Part shown: one piece after another, positions 41,301 through 42,903 of the stretch | Layout: each line of letters begins with the position of its first letter | How positions within the stretch are numbered: the stretch's first letter is position 1 | Assembly: GCA_046047755.1 (NCBI GenBank) | Contig: JBJOHK010000066.1 | Location: 1 to 42,903 of the forward strand | Length of the DNA: 42,903 bases | Direction of reading: 5' to 3' | DNA from: Bacteroidota bacterium | GTDB taxonomy: Bacteria > Bacteroidota > Bacteroidia > NS11-12g > UBA955 | Notes under the pieces: model-generated | Seen by the model: the letters and a program-made list of their open reading frames with translations, nothing else | What the model was told of the DNA's origin: nothing | The model's database searches: none | Program-made: the position numbers and the translations under genes

Positions 41301-41859
41301 TGCCATCAACGAAGGCGACCGTTTTCGGATTGAATCCTTGCCTTGGGAATGCCAATCAGGGCCCGTATATGGATTGGCCGCTTTTGATGTAAACGCCGAC
41401 GGATACGAAGATATTTTGGCCATAGGAAACAACGCTTCTACCCGTGTTCAACATGGCAAGGACGATGCCTTGAATGGATTCATACTTTGGAATAATCCAG
41501 AGGTATCGGCTAAATGGAGTTATGAAAATGGCGTGGACTGCGGCTTTTATGTCCCGGGAGATGGACGAAGTTTATTGGTTGTTCCGGGTTCGAAGGGACC
41601 TGTTTATGTGGCGAGCCAAAACGATTCTAAGGTATTGGGATTTGAGAGCAAGTCGATTAAAACTCGTTTCGTTCGCGCTCCTAGAGGGGCCCAGTTTGCT
41701 TGGGCTTATTTGACCTTCGGAGGTCGTAAACGCATTCCCCTTTCCATGGGATATGGCTATTTAAGCGGTAGCACTCCTGGAGTTTGGCTAAACCCAAGCA
41801 TTCAAAAAATAGAATTCATGGATGCCAAGGGCAAAATGCTTGACAGCATAGACAATTGA
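38371..41859 (+). CDS. FG-GAP/VCBS-repeat lipoprotein with an ASPIC/UnbV-like domain
   Basis: Lipobox IASC, many D.D.DG..D repeats, and a central GTQV...GYQSS segment. Confidence 0.85.
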   Translation: MKLPIGSKALAVICMAGLIASCSEDHSGKFELIDPSSSGLEFTNEVPENDSLNQFTYHYLYNGNGVGIGDLDNDGLPEVFVSSNASSCQLFHNKGQMQFENITESAGVSTTNWCTGVSMADVNNDGLLDIYVCRSGPSQNGDDKRNLLFINQGNLTFKEEAKRYGLDDPGNATTASFLDFDRDGDLDLYVANHADRFFSDVDIRFSKTFRLDDNSQQHLYRNDGESFTDISEQAGVKAMGYALSATVFDINGDGWDDIYVCNDYHVPDYVLINNQQGGFNDENSLRFKHTSNNSMGSDQADINNDGKLDFLSVDMLADDQRRFMTMGGPKDYDYTMVGIKNGYGYQYMKNALQINHGKGLFSDEAYLYGIARTDWSWSPLFVDFDADGYLDLHITNGYYRDVTDQDFMLYQNRKMQQQGAGITHDELLSMLPFEKISNYAYRNNSGQGFSAVTQDWGLEEPSLSTGSAYGDLDGDGDADLIICNQGSPLSLYRNNLNSDPAQIKVHFNLSKSNRWGFGTQVDVHRGSQVQRMELNSAHGYQSSSQACLFVATTGVDSLVFHFPNGTKWSSSKLPSTGKDWVVDDKQSVPEPDDSDSESWFTAAELGLDFLHREQENPDFKREPMLPHRFTRLGPGMCSGDINGDGLEDIFIANARTGNPNLAPEAAFFLQSSNGQFRKQSAQGLLKGMDTDITGCLLFDANGDGHLDLYVAAGGSEYSWPSALYSHRLYINNGSGSFHEESQRLPQVQNSGSCVVAGDMDGDGDWDLFVGGRVMPGFYPQIDIRSYLLRNDNGQFQDVTAQMAPELVKAGMICTAAFADCNNDNQVDLLVAGEYTPLVLLLNKGQKFENATAAWGLDQKSGWINSLLPVDIDNDGDLDVIVGNKGRNSFIQANPEEPLKVYYTDLDNNGSMDVFFGKVRQGKEYTLYQLEDMARAYPGFMNKRFTTYKDIANKDITEIFGEENLQRYQLANYFDHFVAINEGDRFRIESLPWECQSGPVYGLAAFDVNADGYEDILAIGNNASTRVQHGKDDALNGFILWNNPEVSAKWSYENGVDCGFYVPGDGRSLLVVPGSKGPVYVASQNDSKVLGFESKSIKTRFVRAPRGAQFAWAYLTFGGRKRIPLSMGYGYLSGSTPGVWLNPSIQKIEFMDAKGKMLDSIDN

Positions 41860-41862
41860 GCC

Positions 41863-41870
41863 TATATTTG
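41863..41870 (+). promoter_or_regulatory. -7 promoter element TATATTTG for the small basic protein
   Basis: Exact TAnnTTTG match 15 nt before ATG 41886, with a TTG about 20 nt further upstream. Confidence 0.7.
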
Positions 41871-41885
41871 CACCAAAATTTAGTT

Positions 41886-42035
41886 ATGGCCGTTACACGT
41901 TTGAAAAGAAAAGAAGCAAAAAACCGCAGCCGCTCATCTAAGCGTGTTGCTGATATCAAGCGCTTGAAGACTTTTGTTCAGATTCAATCTCCTTATAAAG
42001 GCGAATCTGGAATCGTCTTGGAAGACCAAGCTTAA
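41886..42035 (+). CDS. 49-aa small basic protein (not in ORF track)
   Basis: MAVTRLKRKEAKNRSRSSKRVADIKRLKTFVQIQSPYKGESGIVLEDQA*, bracketed by its own promoter and terminator. Confidence 0.82.
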   Translation: MAVTRLKRKEAKNRSRSSKRVADIKRLKTFVQIQSPYKGESGIVLEDQA

Positions 42036-42067
42036 TCGTTATTTAGAATCATCTCAAATTTCATATG

Positions 42068-42097
42068 AAAGGCCTCAGTTTTACTGAGGCCTTTTCT
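42068..42097 (+). terminator. Intrinsic terminator
   Basis: AAAGGCCTCAGT-TTT-ACTGAGGCCTTT followed by TCTTATTT. Confidence 0.88.
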
Positions 42098-42119
42098 TAT
42101 TTAGTATCTTTACATCACC

Positions 42120-42903
42120 ATGACAAAAGCAACTCCGACTAGCTGGTGGGTAGGCCTTTCGGTCCTCACCTTCTCTTTATTCTCTTGCTCTTCATCACCG
42201 GTAGAACATCGATCCATTTTGAAAAATGACATATTGAGCGACTGCAACATAGCCGTTCAAAATGCCGTTGTAGTTGACCATGTGGCTCCTCCCGTTGGTG
42301 GACGTCGTTATTTTTATGCATCGGTGGCCGCTTATGAATCACTGGTACCCTTCTACGCCCAACAGCAGAGCCTATCGGGTCAAATGAAAGATCTGGCCCC
42401 CATTTCCTACACCTTAGATACCAGCTTGGATTATTGCTTGGACTTGGTTGCCATGGCCGCCCACACCTATGCGTCTAAGGCTTTGGTTTATAAAGAAGAT
42501 AGCATTGCTAATTTCCGCGAACGCCAATTGGCCTTTTATAAGGAAAACCTAAGTAGAGAAGTCTATGAGCAGTCACTGGCTTGGGGAGACGAAGTAGGCA
42601 AACAGGTAGTAGCCTGGTCGGCCAGCGATTCATTCAATTACTACCGAGGGAAAGAATACTACCTAGCCAAGAATATTCCTGGATACTGGCAACCCACCGC
42701 CCCTAATTATATGGATGCGGTTGAACCCAATTGGGGACGCATTCGCACCAGTGTTGCCCCCGATGCCGAGTTTATCCCTTTGCCTGGCCCAGCTCCCTAT
42801 GACTTGACTGCTGGTTCGCGTTACCTGCTACAAGCCCAAGAAGTAAAAGACACGGTTTCCCAATTGGATAGTGTAGGATTGTTGATGGCTAAATATTGGG
42901 ACG
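42120..42903 (+). CDS. Vanadium-dependent haloperoxidase/PAP2-family lipoprotein, 3'-truncated (not in ORF track)
   Basis: Manual translation gives a lipobox LFSC, D..APPVGGRRYFYASVAAYE, AWSASD, WQPTAP.YMDAVEPNWG.IR and AKYWD at the edge. The catalytic C-terminal motifs lie outside the window. Confidence 0.78.
   Translation, partial: MTKATPTSWWVGLSVLTFSLFSCSSSPVEHRSILKNDILSDCNIAVQNAVVVDHVAPPVGGRRYFYASVAAYESLVPFYAQQQSLSGQMKDLAPISYTLDTSLDYCLDLVAMAAHTYASKALVYKEDSIANFRERQLAFYKENLSREVYEQSLAWGDEVGKQVVAWSASDSFNYYRGKEYYLAKNIPGYWQPTAPNYMDAVEPNWGRIRTSVAPDAEFIPLPGPAPYDLTAGSRYLLQAQEVKDTVSQLDSVGLLMAKYWD

Noticed and set aside
38560-41420. Recurring GAxxxxGAxGGxGA nucleotide patterns as a possible DNA repeat array or CRISPR
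   Set aside because: They are degenerate codons of FG-GAP D.D.DG..D protein repeats, with no fixed-length repeat-spacer structure and no cas genes.

Overview
A 42.9 kb housekeeping-rich chromosomal segment from a Bacteroidota bacterium, judged by T9SS-type C-termini, a TonB receptor/DUF4249 pair and TAnnTTTG-type promoters. Gene order: a truncated lipoprotein, hmgA, a large Asp-box/PKD/T9SS cargo gene split by one in-frame TAA, a XerCD dif site (5598-5625), and a minus-strand block (TPR protein, gyrA, M16 peptidase, uvrA, DUF4249, TonB receptor, folB). Then come an acyl-CoA dehydrogenase, PGM/PMM, a glsA/glsB-like acyltransferase pair, an S8 protease, tcdA, two lipoproteins, tRNA-Leu(TAA), rocD, a BamA-like hypothetical and mreBCD-mrdA-rodA. 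The window ends with an FG-GAP/ASPIC lipoprotein, a 49-aa basic protein missing from the ORF track, and a truncated vanadium haloperoxidase/PAP2 lipoprotein. I see no mobile element, CRISPR array or defence island, and no clearly new multi-gene system. The most interesting signals are small: a CpG-alternating tract over the gyrA promoter (possible Z-DNA supercoiling sensor), a tRNA CCA end sharing its last base with a start codon, the dif site, the monocistronic small basic protein, folB lacking a canonical start, and recurrent back-to-back promoters with near-leaderless genes. All family calls come from motif recognition, not database searches.
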